From Phoronis australis (lineage: Eukaryota > Animalia > Phoronida), in contig NMRA01000630.1 in the NCBI GenBank assembly GCA_002633005.1, positions 130,331-194,330 on the forward strand: a stretch of 64,000 nucleotides of DNA, given 5' to 3'. This document shows, piece by piece, positions 47,746 through 59,600 of the stretch. Made by a program: the position numbers and the translations under genes. The first letter of the stretch is position 1; each line of letters begins with the position of its first letter. The notes beneath the pieces were generated by a model, which worked only from the letters and a program-made list of their open reading frames with translations, ran no database searches and had not been told where the DNA came from.

Positions 47746-50700
47746 ATGACAAATATCTACACGTGGTTGGGATTTACTGCGTTGTTCTCCATAGTTCACG
47801 CTGGTAACTACACTGTGACGGACGAAGCATGGTTTGAATTCGAGGTCAAGGATATAGATGGACCAGGTACAACTTTGTAATGCACGTGAAAGAAAATTCA
47901 AATTTTTTTGACAATTTTCTTTTATTCGAATTTTATGAGTCTAAGACTCTTGTTATTTAATTAGTAAAATTCATTCAATTCGCGTGTACAGTTTAGTCTA
48001 GTAGAAGTTATGCCTATAACTTCAATTTATCAAAAACCAATCTCAGTAAATTGCATTCTTTCAATCTTTCGACAAACATCATTTTTATGTTTTTGCCATT
48101 TAACATTTGGTAATAATTTTTATGGTCGGTAACTCATTTTTACATCTTTCAAGTAACATTTACTCCCTCGTCTATTTTTCCAAGTTTTACTTGCAACAAA
48201 TTTTTTATCGTATGCATGGGCGGCGCAGCGCTGAAAAAGATGGGGCTATAGTTCCCAGGCCCCCTGTGGCGCACCGCCCATAGACCATGGTCTATGGGTG
48301 GTGTAGCACTGAAAAATAGTGGGGGCCTATAGCCCCCATCCCCCTATTGTGCGCCGTCCATGTTATGTTTTCAACTTCCTCGTCAAAAACTTCATCAGCT
48401 GAATTGACCTCGAGACTTGCATTTATCCTAGACCAAGACTACAGCGGGCGCATAACTATCGCGCTGTTCGGTGACACCGCCCCCATGACAGTCCTCAATT
48501 TCAAGTCAATCGTGAAAGGCTACAAAAAGGGAGATGTGAGTACACGTGTCTTAAGTTTATTTAAAATTATTTTGTGAATACGAGGGTTGTCTCTTTACTT
48601 TTCTGTAAGTTAACGCCAGGTTCTTTTAAAGGTTACACTAATGCAGGTGATTGACAGATCTATGTATATAACCAAATATATAAATTACTTCATATTTTAC
48701 GTAAGTAAAAGTACACGTTTTCTGAAATTAGAAAGCCGGTAGATTTTTGTTTTTGACTTTTCATTTTTAGTAAACTATTGCTAACAGAGTGGCCGTGTCT
48801 TTTTAATAAAATGTAGCGCATACGAAAGGCGCAAGTTCACCAACAACATGATCAAACTTTTTTTCGATATTTATGTTCTCGAAAACTCTGTAACGTTTTT
48901 CTGAAATATCGTTTGGTTTTTGTTTTTTGCAACTAGGTTTTTTCATGTAAAACATGGAAGTCTTACTTTTTCGATTCGATAGCCTACTCATGTAAAAGTA
49001 GAACATTTTCAAAACAATTTCTAACAACATTTTTGATTACAGTGCATCATATCGGAACCTTTCATATGAATCCAACCAGTCGTTTATGAGATACAATTTT
49101 TCAAAGTTTGACTAATTTGGACAATTAAGGTCCTACATAACCATTTAAAAAGAAACAAATACAATTTTCAACTTAAGTAAAAATATAAATGTAAAAAGCA
49201 AACACTCAAAAACGCAAAACACCAAATGAGCAATACAGATTCTGAAGCAGACTGAAAAATAAAACTTTTACGAATGTGGCTCTTTCAGGTTATCATAATA
49301 ATATAAATAAAATTCATAAATCTCTTTGAAGTCCTAAAACGTTCATTTGTTAAATAACCACCGTCATTGACACTACATTTTGACACCAGTATCATTTTCT
49401 AGTACCTTTATTGTGTTTGTCAAAGTTAAGGAAAAATACATCAAATTATTCAATTTCTTCAATTTCATATTAAATGTCCTTTAATTTAACGTCCGCGTCA
49501 GGGTGTACATTGCTACTATCATGGATATTTTTACGACATGTAATTATATAAAAAGTGCACGGCAACATGCGACGTGGGAGCAATAACGAGGATTTCATTT
49601 AAAACAAAACATTCAACGTGGCAGTAACCTTTTCAAACACTTGTTGGCAACGAAACGCGTTCAACGTGGTTAAATCGATAATCGTCCCATCTGGCGGTAT
49701 GTAATCGATTGAAACAGATTAAATAGTTTGGCTTGGATTAACATAATCGGACTGTGTTCGTGAGATCACGTGTGTCTGCCACGTCGGCAGAATATGCCGC
49801 TTGCGCACTTTACGCAAGCAATAGTCAACTTACAGAGAATGTGGGAGTGAAGAGACATTGAGTACCGATACTGACAGCTGTCACACTCCACGTGTTTTAT
49901 CAACTATAAATTCATATTCTTGTCAAGATGCTTTTGTCACCTTTCTAGGCTCCTCATGCCAAGAATTTTACGATGAAACTTAGGTTACCTCAAAATCTAG
50001 CTCTGCCCGATGATTTGATAATTGACCTAATTATAATGCACACCCAGCAGAATTAATGAGGAACATATTATTGCAACATCAAACAAATGTTTTAGGATGT
50101 AAAAGTCACATTTCTTGTCCAGTTTTCAAAAGTCAAAAACATATTCACGTGTTTTTCACGAACTTTTCAAATACGACATTTAAAAACTTTCAAAAAGAAA
50201 ATTTAAAAATAGTATTGTCGGCCCCAATGTGTTTATGGTGGGTCTCGTTATCTAGAGAACAATACCATCCGCAGCAAGAGAGTTTAATTAACCACCAGAG
50301 CATATTGTCTTTGATCTCAGCCGGCAGATGCTGTAGTGCACAAACCGTTCGAGTTGCCCAAACTGGACCGGTTAGGGAGTCAACGTCCCAAGATTTTTTA
50401 ATAGACTCCCCTGAGTCTGTAAACATTTAATAGACTCCACTGAGTCTGTAAACATTTAATAGACTCCACTGAGTCTGTAAACATTTAATAGACTCCACTG
50501 AGTCTGTAAACATTTAATAGACTCCACTGAGTCTGTAAACATTTAATAGACTCCATTGAGTCTGTAAACATTTAATAGACTCCACTGAGTCTGTAAACAT
50601 TTAATAGACTCCACTGAGTCTGTAAACATTTAAGCTTATTACCGAGTTTGAACGTCATGCAGAGTGTTACACAGTGGTCACTTTATGCAAATAGAAATTG

Positions 50701-53218
50701 AGTAACCGTGGTTTTTAAACGAATGTCGACTATTTTCATCATTTTTCTTTTTACTAAGTAAAATTGGCGCCTATTGGAAGCTATGTATCTAGTTGTCTGC
50801 AAACAGAAATACCCGTGACGTCACTATTCTAGGCAACGGCGGTAAACTGATGAACAAAATTTTCGATTGTACTTACGTGAAAATCTGGAGTATCGAAGCC
50901 TCGGAAAATAATTACTGTTGTAAACTGACGTCAGAAAAATTTCAGACAAGGTGGTACTGTAGTTAACAAAAAAATTAATATCATAGACAAGACGTGCTTT
51001 GTACGACATTGAGATTTTTTTTGCCCGTGGAATCGACGTTTTGTCAACATACACCATGACCTATCAGCTACAGTTCCAACAGTTTTCTAAAATATAAGAA
51101 CGCAATGACGTAATAGGGACGGAAAGTGACTACAGTATGGCGGTAGCTTATTCGCATATTTGTTTAAACTCGCAAAAGTCAACAAAAACTGTTTTTAATA
51201 CCCGACACTTATGCCACAATTAACATCTGTGAAGCGAGGAGATTATTGTAACATATTGACCACGTTTTTGTTTTTGAAAGCAGAGATTAACTGGTGATTA
51301 TCCAGTTGCAACTTTTGATCCAATAGCATATAGGGATATGGCAGATTCTCATTGGTTTATTAACCCAGTCAATTCGATGACGTCACACTTTCCGTCCCTG
51401 TTCCTTTTTGATTAAGAAAGTTGTTTGTGACACGAGGCCTTGATTTATAGTTGCTTAATTTGTCTCACTGGGATTCGCTCTATTTGCAGGAAGTTTTACA
51501 CTACAAAAACACTACAGTTCACCGTATTGTGAAGGACTTTGTGATTCAGATGGGTGACGTCACAACAGGAGACGGGACAGGAGGTAAGTGGTATTGAACA
51601 TACCGTTTGTCACAGCACCACGTGTGAAGGCCTTAGCACTGGGAAACAGTGTATACTGAGCATCAATATATATCACCGTGTGTGAAAAAACAGCAGTTGG
51701 GACCCCAGTTTTGAAGCCGCGTTGAGCGCCACATTTTGTTTATTCTTGCTTATATAGGATGCCCCTATACCTTAAAATCGTCCGGTCGTCGCCCCCTCGC
51801 AACGCTCATTTGAACTGAACAACTCAGTGAAATCAACTTCCAAGAAATACTTATCGAATGTTGCTCCTTGCAAAAATGGGGAACCTATATCGATATAGTA
51901 TTTTTCCAAAATCAGATTGTCTACTGGGTGCACCCGCTACCAGCTGGGAATATGACTGAGTACAAAGGCCAACTTAAATATGTGGGTAATACCCACTCTC
52001 GTGGGTCGGCGAAAAGTCCTGTGTGAAGTTGTACCGACGCCGACGGGTACATCTTCGCATAAGACTTTTTGACACAAGTAATGTTATAACAGGTATGCAA
52101 AGTTTGTGAACCCGCCTTCCATAACACAACATCAGTGACTTGTAGTCGTGCATCGGGAAAGCTTGGCCCTGCCTTCATATATTGCTCTCGAGATTATAGA
52201 AACCCCATTCACCTGAGTAAGGAACACATTTAAATCAATTTTACAGAATTAAGATGTCTAAATAAAACTATCTTGTTCAACAGAACCCGGATGATATAGC
52301 CTCTTAAAAAATCTCTCTAAAACAAAATTATTTGTGACTGTATCGGACGCCGGCACATGTAGCCTACTACACTCATGTGTAGGCTATTAAGGAATTGTTG
52401 AAAAGGAAAATTAAATTCAAAAGTGTCACAATGAGCCGAAAGGATCAGTTTGGTTTGTTTGGTTCAATTCCAAACCAATTTCAAAGATGAGAAACATTTT
52501 CACGCATCAAATCTTATTGAGCGATTCGTGTTTCAAGTTTGATGCCAATACAACTTTGATCGCTTCTTTTTATCTCCAACAGGTAAGAGCATCTACGGTA
52601 AACATTTCGACGACGAGGCATTTATCCTGAGCCATCTTCAGAAAGGCTGGGTTGCCATGGCAAACCATGGTAACAACACAAACGGATCTCAATTTTTTAT
52701 CCTGTTGTCCAGGGCCAGATGGCTGGACGGTCACCATGTTGTCTTTGGAAAAGTCATCAAGGGTTTCGTAAGTACAATTTCGCAATTCTTGAAGATTTTA
52801 ATCTGCATCCTGTCCCTTCACAAAATTGAATTGAAGCCGTTTAAAGTTGACACATAATGTACGCTAAAGCCGATCCCTTTCTTCGGAACTCAAATGATGC
52901 TACCAAATTTAGTCTTAGAACTGCTGAACCATGCTGACGCATTATTTCTGAACTGAAACTAGTCAGCCGGATCACATTTCCAAATTAGTCAAAATGTTTT
53001 TATCAAACAGTCCACATTTGGAACAGCACACAAAATCAAGTAGAATATTTTCACTCCATTCACAGGACACGCTGACCCTCCTTGGTGAGCTAGACTCGGA
53101 CAGGACTACAGCTCAACCAAAGCTGAAGGTCACTATTACCAACTGTGGCGTCAACGACCTGAGTCAGAAGTACGACCTCTTACCTTACCAGCTAGAGATG
53201 ACCGAAGATATAGATTAA
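47746..53218 (+). CDS. secretory-pathway cyclophilin-type peptidyl-prolyl isomerase (PPIB/PPIC-like), 5 exons, 218 aa
   Basis: Exons 47746-47866, 48432-48535, 51490-51583, 52583-52767, 53066-53218 (657 nt). Signal-peptide-like [19 protein letters not shown]; motifs [70 protein letters not shown]. Confidence 0.92.
48215..48362. mobile_element. short doubled MITE with central palindrome
   Basis: CATGGGCGGCGCA ... TGCGCCGTCCATG; flanks GTATG/TTATG; central CCCATAGACCATGGTCTATGGG. Confidence 0.6.
50401..50632. repeat. minisatellite, 29-bp unit x 8, each unit with an internal hairpin
   Basis: ATAGACTCCACTGAGTCTGTAAACATTTA tandem without spacers. Confidence 0.95.
51114..51400. mobile_element. MITE with AGGGACGGAAAGTG terminal inverted repeat
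   Basis: TAGGGACGGAAAGTG ... CACTTTCCGTCCCTG. Confidence 0.6.
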
Positions 53219-53782
53219 CCACTTCTCGTGTTTTCCCTATTTCAGGCCAAAAGTAGGAAAAACGTGTGGTTCTGGTCTATTTTTGAAAATTGATGAGGCA
53301 CTTTTTATGTGTCTAAATTTTCAAAACGAAAGACGGCCTAAAGACAGCTGAAAATTAATGAGGTTTCAAAATTAGTCCAGAACCAAGCATACAGTACTTT
53401 TCGGCCTGACGCGTTTGGACGAAATGTCGTTCAATATGCAAGGTCGACCTACGCACCGATTCTTGTTTCGAATTGCACGTGCCACAAAAAAGTATGGTAC
53501 AAGGAATTTGACATTTTTGCATAGAACAGTCGCAGTGGCCAAAGTAACTACATTTTGTACTTGGATAATAAAACTATCCATTATAATGGTGTCGGTATTT
53601 TGCAGTAATTTTCACAATCTAGTACTTTTTTCGAGCACAGAAAACTCAAGTTACACTGACGAGTTGATAGATCAATGAGCACTACATAGTCACAACGGAA
53701 TGGGGAAAACGAAAGGGTTAGTACAGTAACTTATAGAGATTCAGTAGTTTGTCTTGTGTTGTAAAATGTTGAGGATAAGATT

Positions 53783-53839
53783 ATTAAAACAACATCGTGA
53801 TTTTTAATGCATTTGTTTATTAAAATACTTTTCAATAAA
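53783..53839. terminator. clustered opposite-strand polyadenylation signals of the convergent cyclophilin and MTHFS genes
   Basis: + strand ATTAAA 53783 and AATAAA 53834; - strand AATAAA (TTTATT) 53816-53821. Confidence 0.45.
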
Positions 53840-54410
53840 ATCTAATAACAGCATTGTTGTAACAATTAAAATCAATAATATAAAATACAAAGCATGTGAA
53901 TGAAATGCAACCATTCGAAAACATTTAAGTCACAATTTTTTGACATTCTGCCAACACAATTAGTACAGAACTACATCACAATCTTAGTAAATCACTTTTC
54001 CGATTCACACCACATGATAGAGTTCATTCACAAGAGCCACCTTCCAGAACGTTGACATATGCCAACGTGGTGCATCACACTGAAATAGCAAATATTAAGG
54101 GACGATTATTTTCATATATGTCCACAATAGGGAGTACCATGGATAATCCTAAAATTTGCCTCAATGGCACGGAGCCATCCGAACATTGAAGAGTGGAATA
54201 AAATCATTAATAAAAGCATATTAACTTCCCAATTTTTAATTATTAACAAATTATCATTGCCACTAAAGGGAAAAGCACAAGTCTAACATCTGCTAACTTT
54301 CAGAAGTGTTTTCTCAGAAACTCAAAAATCAAAATTGCCAATTGGGGGTGCAACAATACAGACATTTGTCAGACAACTAACAAATGAGGATGACTCTGCA
54401 AACCCAGACT

Positions 54411-54600
54411 CACCAAGATCTCTCACTGGACTTTATAAACAGACAGACCACCAAGATCTCTCACTGGACTTTATAGACAGACAGACCACCAAGATCTCTC
54501 ACTGGACTTTATAAACAGACAGACCACCAAGATCTCTCACTGGACTTTATAAACAGACAGACCACCAAGATCTCTCACTGGACTTTATAAACAGACAGAC
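54411..54600. repeat. minisatellite, 38-bp unit x 5
   Basis: CACCAAGATCTCTCACTGGACTTTATAAACAGACAGAC tandem. Confidence 0.95.
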
Positions 54601-56075
54601 TTAAAAGTAGATTGCCTCTTGGTGACACAGTATAAATGGGATCAACACAAAAATGGCAAAGTATTGACCAATATTGAAACAGAATATAATATTTTATGAC
54701 GATCCACCAACTGGATGGAGCCTGGAATCTGAGACAGACACAAACTAAAATTACTAAGAAGCACGACACTAGGGGGCATTGCAGCATTCAGGTCTGTCAG
54801 ACAAATCAAATGTCAGTCCTATCTTTCTTTACAGTTGTCTTATTCCTCAAGGGGCTTGGCAGATAGAGGACAGAGGTAATGGGTACAAAGAACTGCCACT
54901 TACGATGACAAACAAGTTGAAACTATTCAAAAAGGGCAAGTGCCATCCGTTTTTTGATCCAAAATTATCTACCAAATTTCCAGAAGATATTTTACAGAGC
55001 TTCGTCAATATTTCAGCAAAAGTAAATACTTTTTCAAATTTCCACCAGGGACATAGTAATAGCCATATACTTCCAAAAATTAAAGATAGCTAAGCTTCCC
55101 ATTCTCCTGCACCAAAAACATATCTGTCAATATCAGTACGGAACATATACCCAAGAGTGCCCTGGTAAAGCTCTCCTCAGTAGGAGATTTAAACATGCAA
55201 AGCATAACAAACAGTGTGGTGAATATTTGAAAAATATCGAAATGTCATATTCTGTTGAAGAAAATTGCTTTTAGCCTTCAAGTCATATGAATAGATTTCT
55301 GAACTGGATGCGCCTAAGCCAAACTGGTAAATCAAAACAGGTGGTGTGTAGAATACTGATTACCATGCACATAGAGATCTATTTGAAACTCAACATCAGT
55401 CTTCATCATATCAGGAACATATCTACCTAATATCACGATGACCAAACATCGTTATTATTGAACCAGGCACTAAAAATAGAACTCCCAATAAGGGAATACC
55501 AGTTGTTGAAAGTTATCCATCACAAAACCAGCATCACTCAAGCTCTCTTCATTTAGTCAAATTTCAAAACTTTCCTTCAAACAACGCCATAGGTAGATGA
55601 CATCACAAATGGAATAAAATGCTACTATTGTCAGTAGGGGGAGCAGCAATAGGCAAATTTTGCCTGAAGACGTGTCCTCATGATATGTTAAGAAAGTGAC
55701 TGTTGGCATATATTGTGCATAACTGTTGTGATTTTTGTCTGAAGCTATTCATAAATATCTACAAAACAAAATGTCCCATTCATTATTTTTATCACTTTTC
55801 TAGCCACTGATTAAACAAAAATGGCAGATCTGTAGACTGATTACCTTGGGCGCTTCTTGTCCTCCATTATTAGTGATCAAAACTAGACAACATAAGAAGA
55901 AATGCCAGCAAACAACAAATTTTTGTCAATGACAATAGATGGCACTATATCATGGTGAATCGGAGTTACAATACTAGTCAAACAAACACTAGTCTGTATA
56001 ACATGAAGTTCTGCACAATTTTTATGCTTGTCTTAATTTAAAAGTTCATCGATCAAACCTTTTCATTGAAAAAAA

Positions 56076-56592
56076 TTAAACTTCACTATCCTCAAACAGC
56101 ACCCAATTGAGAGGGACGTCCCTTTCATCCGTTGGCAGAGTCTCACAGATCTGCTCCTTGAAGGCCAGGGCAATGGTTGCTGGTCTTCTCGACTGTACCT
56201 CAGTTAGGCGGGTCAAGTATTTGTCATAGTATCCTTTGCCTCGTCCTAAGCGGTCACCAGAGGGGGTGAATGCCAGTCCTGGCATCAGCACCAAATCCAA
56301 GCCACCTGAAAGCATGAATTTCAAATCATCTATATAACTAGCACCTGGGGTCCCATCTTTTTATTTGCAATCAAAAATGTTTTTATCACTTTCTATTCTA
56401 TTTTTGTGCGAGCTCAATATAAGTGTCTATTCTTCTAAGCTCAAAAAGAACTGCCCAATCTTAGTTTACACTTAAAGACCCTGGCAATTTAGGCTAAAAG
56501 TTAGAGTCTGAACTTGAAATTTCGAGTTTTTACTTGAAATCTCAATGTTCTTGAATCTATGAATCATCAAGTGGGAACTTGGACTAGAAAGT

Positions 56593-56631
<39 letters not shown>

Positions 56632-59600
56632 CAAATAGATGCTAATCTTGAATAAGCACAAAAGTAGAACACAAAATTCCCAAATAAATTCAAGCTTGAT
56701 TTCGAGTAAAAAGATCAGACCCCCACCCCAAGTTTTCACTCGTTCATTTCAAGTTAGAAGGATATACTGAAGTCGTTTTTTAGATTTCAATCATTCCTTG
56801 TTCTGCTCCCTGATAAAGCATCAGTGACATCCCATTTGTGCGGTAAAAACAGTATTCAACAAAAACTCATACCCTCTGTGTCACAGATTGGGTATTATGG
56901 TTCTTGGTGGGTGGTCTTTCGCTACAGTTGTGTAACTCACCAAGAGTGTAAGTCAAATTGCCTGTTAAGCAGAATTCAAGGTACCTAAACTACACGGTTA
57001 ACAGACCCATAAACACGGTCAAGGAAGCATGATCACGACTCATGTACCTGCAAACACCGTTCACTGACTCACATACATGGGAACGGACTCACAAAACGTA
57101 TCCATTCACCCAAATACACGGGACACGGACTCACATTCACGAAGAAACACGGTTAACGGACCGCAAAACACGTGAATGTGAGTCCGTGTCCCGTGTATTT
57201 GGGTGAATGGATCGTGTTTTGTGAGTCCGTTCCCGTGTTTGTGAGTCAGTGAACGGTGTTTGCAGGTATGTGAGTCGTGATCATGCGTCCGTGACCATGT
57301 TTATGAGTCCGTTAACCGTCTAGTTTAGGTACTTTGGAATTTCTAAGGAGTTTTACACATATTCTAAAAACCTTGAGGGTTATCGAGGATAAGAGAACAT
57401 CAAAGAACTCTGAGTGAAAGTTGTTTTTATTATCTGTTAATCTAGCCAAAACCGTGTTTGGTATCCTCTTAAGTCTGAATTATAGACCTATCCTTCTTGT
57501 CTCAGTTCACATCTAAGTTACACATCAACTGCTTTCTGCCACCATGACTACACAAAAGTTAGCACAAAGCTACCTGGAACATTAGATCCTAACACCAGAC
57601 ATTACTAAGCCCAGGGACGGAGGCACGCACGTGAGACAGAAACACATGGTATACAAATATCGAATGTAAACCNTATCTTCTGAAAATGAACAAAAAAGTG
57701 CATTAGTAAAATCTACAAGTTTTTAAGTGGTCTCAAAAAACAGTCGGTAAATGCATTAATTTTAGTCGCAGTTCTTTCATGCGTGTTTCTTCCGAGAGGT
57801 TAGTACCTAACGTGCAGACGAGCACTCCAAATTGGAACGCTAAGTCCCGCGTGGCTGCGCTGCACGCGAAAGAAGATGGCGGACGACCTTTGGAGCCTGA
57901 CGACGATAGGTATCCGGACTATAGATGCTAATCTTGAATAAGCACAAAAGTAGAACACAAAATTCCCAAATAATTTCAAGCTTGACTTCGAGTAAAAAAA
58001 TCAGACCCCCACCCCAAGTTTTCACTCGTTCATTACAAGTTAGAAGGATATACTGAAGTCGTTTCTGCGATTTCAATCATTCCTTGCTCTGCTCCCTGAT
58101 AAAGCACCAGTGACATTCCATTTGTGCGGTAAAAGCAGTATTCAACAAAAACTCATACCCTCTGTGTCACAGATTGGGTATTATGGCTCTTGGTGGGTGG
58201 TCTTTCGCTCCAGTTGTTGTGTAACTCACCAAGAGTGTAAGGTACCTAAACTACACCCTTAACAGACTCATAAACACGGTCACGGACGCATGAACACGAC
58301 TCATGTACCTGCAAACACCGTTCACAGACTCACATACATGGGAACGGACTCACAAAACGTATCCATTCACCCAAATACACGGGACACGAACTCACATTCA
58401 CGAAGAAACACGGTTAACGGACCATCAAACACGGGTCACGGACAAAATGTAGATGTCAGCTGACCCAGGTAGCCGATGAGTCCGTGACGCGAGTTTGGCG
58501 GTCCGTTAACCGTGTTTCTTCGTGAATGTGAGTCCGTGTCCTGTGTATTTGGGTGAATGGATCGTGTTTTGTGAGTCCGTTCCCGTGTTTGTGAGTCAGT
58601 GAACGGTGTTTGCAGGTATGTGAGTCGTGATCATGCGTCCGTGACCATGTTTATGAGTCCGTTAACCGTCTAGTTTAGGTACTTTGGAATTTCTAAGGAG
58701 TTTTACACATATTCTAAAAACCTTGAGGGTTATCGAGGATAAGAGAACATCAAAGAACTCTGAGTGAAAGTTGTTTTTATTATCTGTTAATCTAGCCAAA
58801 ACCGTGTTTGGTATCCTCTTAAGTCTGAATTATAGACCTATCCTTCTTGTCTCAGTTCACATCTAAGTTACACATCAACTGCTTTCTGCCACCATGACTA
58901 CACAAAAGTTAGCACAAAGCTACCTGGAACATTAGATCCTAACACCAGACATTACTAAGCCCAGGGACGGAGGCAGGCACGTGAGACAGAAACACATGGT
59001 ATACAAATATCGAATGTAAACCAGTTTCTATTTCTGGAACGCCCCCAATAGTAAACACTCGACACAGAGAGCACCAAAGCGACTCGCCTAAACCAATTTC
59101 AAATTGTGAAGAGCAAAAGAGGATGATTTGACAAAGGCAAATGGTAATTATGAGGCACAGGATATTTTTGCACAAGTGTTTCAGTGCAAAACAGTGAAAA
59201 TTTAACATGATGATTGCACAGAAGTTAACACTGTTGGTAACAATAATACAGCCCAATGTTACCAACAGTGTTAAACTATCACTTTAACATGATGATTGCA
59301 CAGAAGTTAAAGTGATAGTTTAACACTGTTGGTAACATTAATACAGCCCTGTGCAGATACGTGTGCATCAGTTAAAGATTACACCATGTCAGTCAGTGAA
59401 TACATCTATTACAAGGTGGTGTACTTGGCAACTATTGCAGTGCCATCTATTGTAGGCTACTTAAATATGAAACTTGCCCAAGGGAACTACCACTCCATTT
59501 AATCTTCGTTCCAACACATGTGAACAGTAAGTGGCACCGAATGCTGTACACCAAGTATTTTATCGCCATCTAGTGGTAGAATTTATTTCAATATGTCGCT

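Larger units (their letters stand above)
56635..59022. repeat. ~1.05-kb direct duplication (56635-57672 and 57921-59022) in MTHFS intron 2, probable uncollapsed haplotypes
   Basis: Colinear near-identical copies; the first ends at single N 57673. Confidence 0.85.

Noticed and set aside
50401-50632. CRISPR array (29-bp palindromic repeats)
   Set aside because: Repeats are contiguous with no unique spacers, there are no cas genes, and the context is a eukaryotic intron
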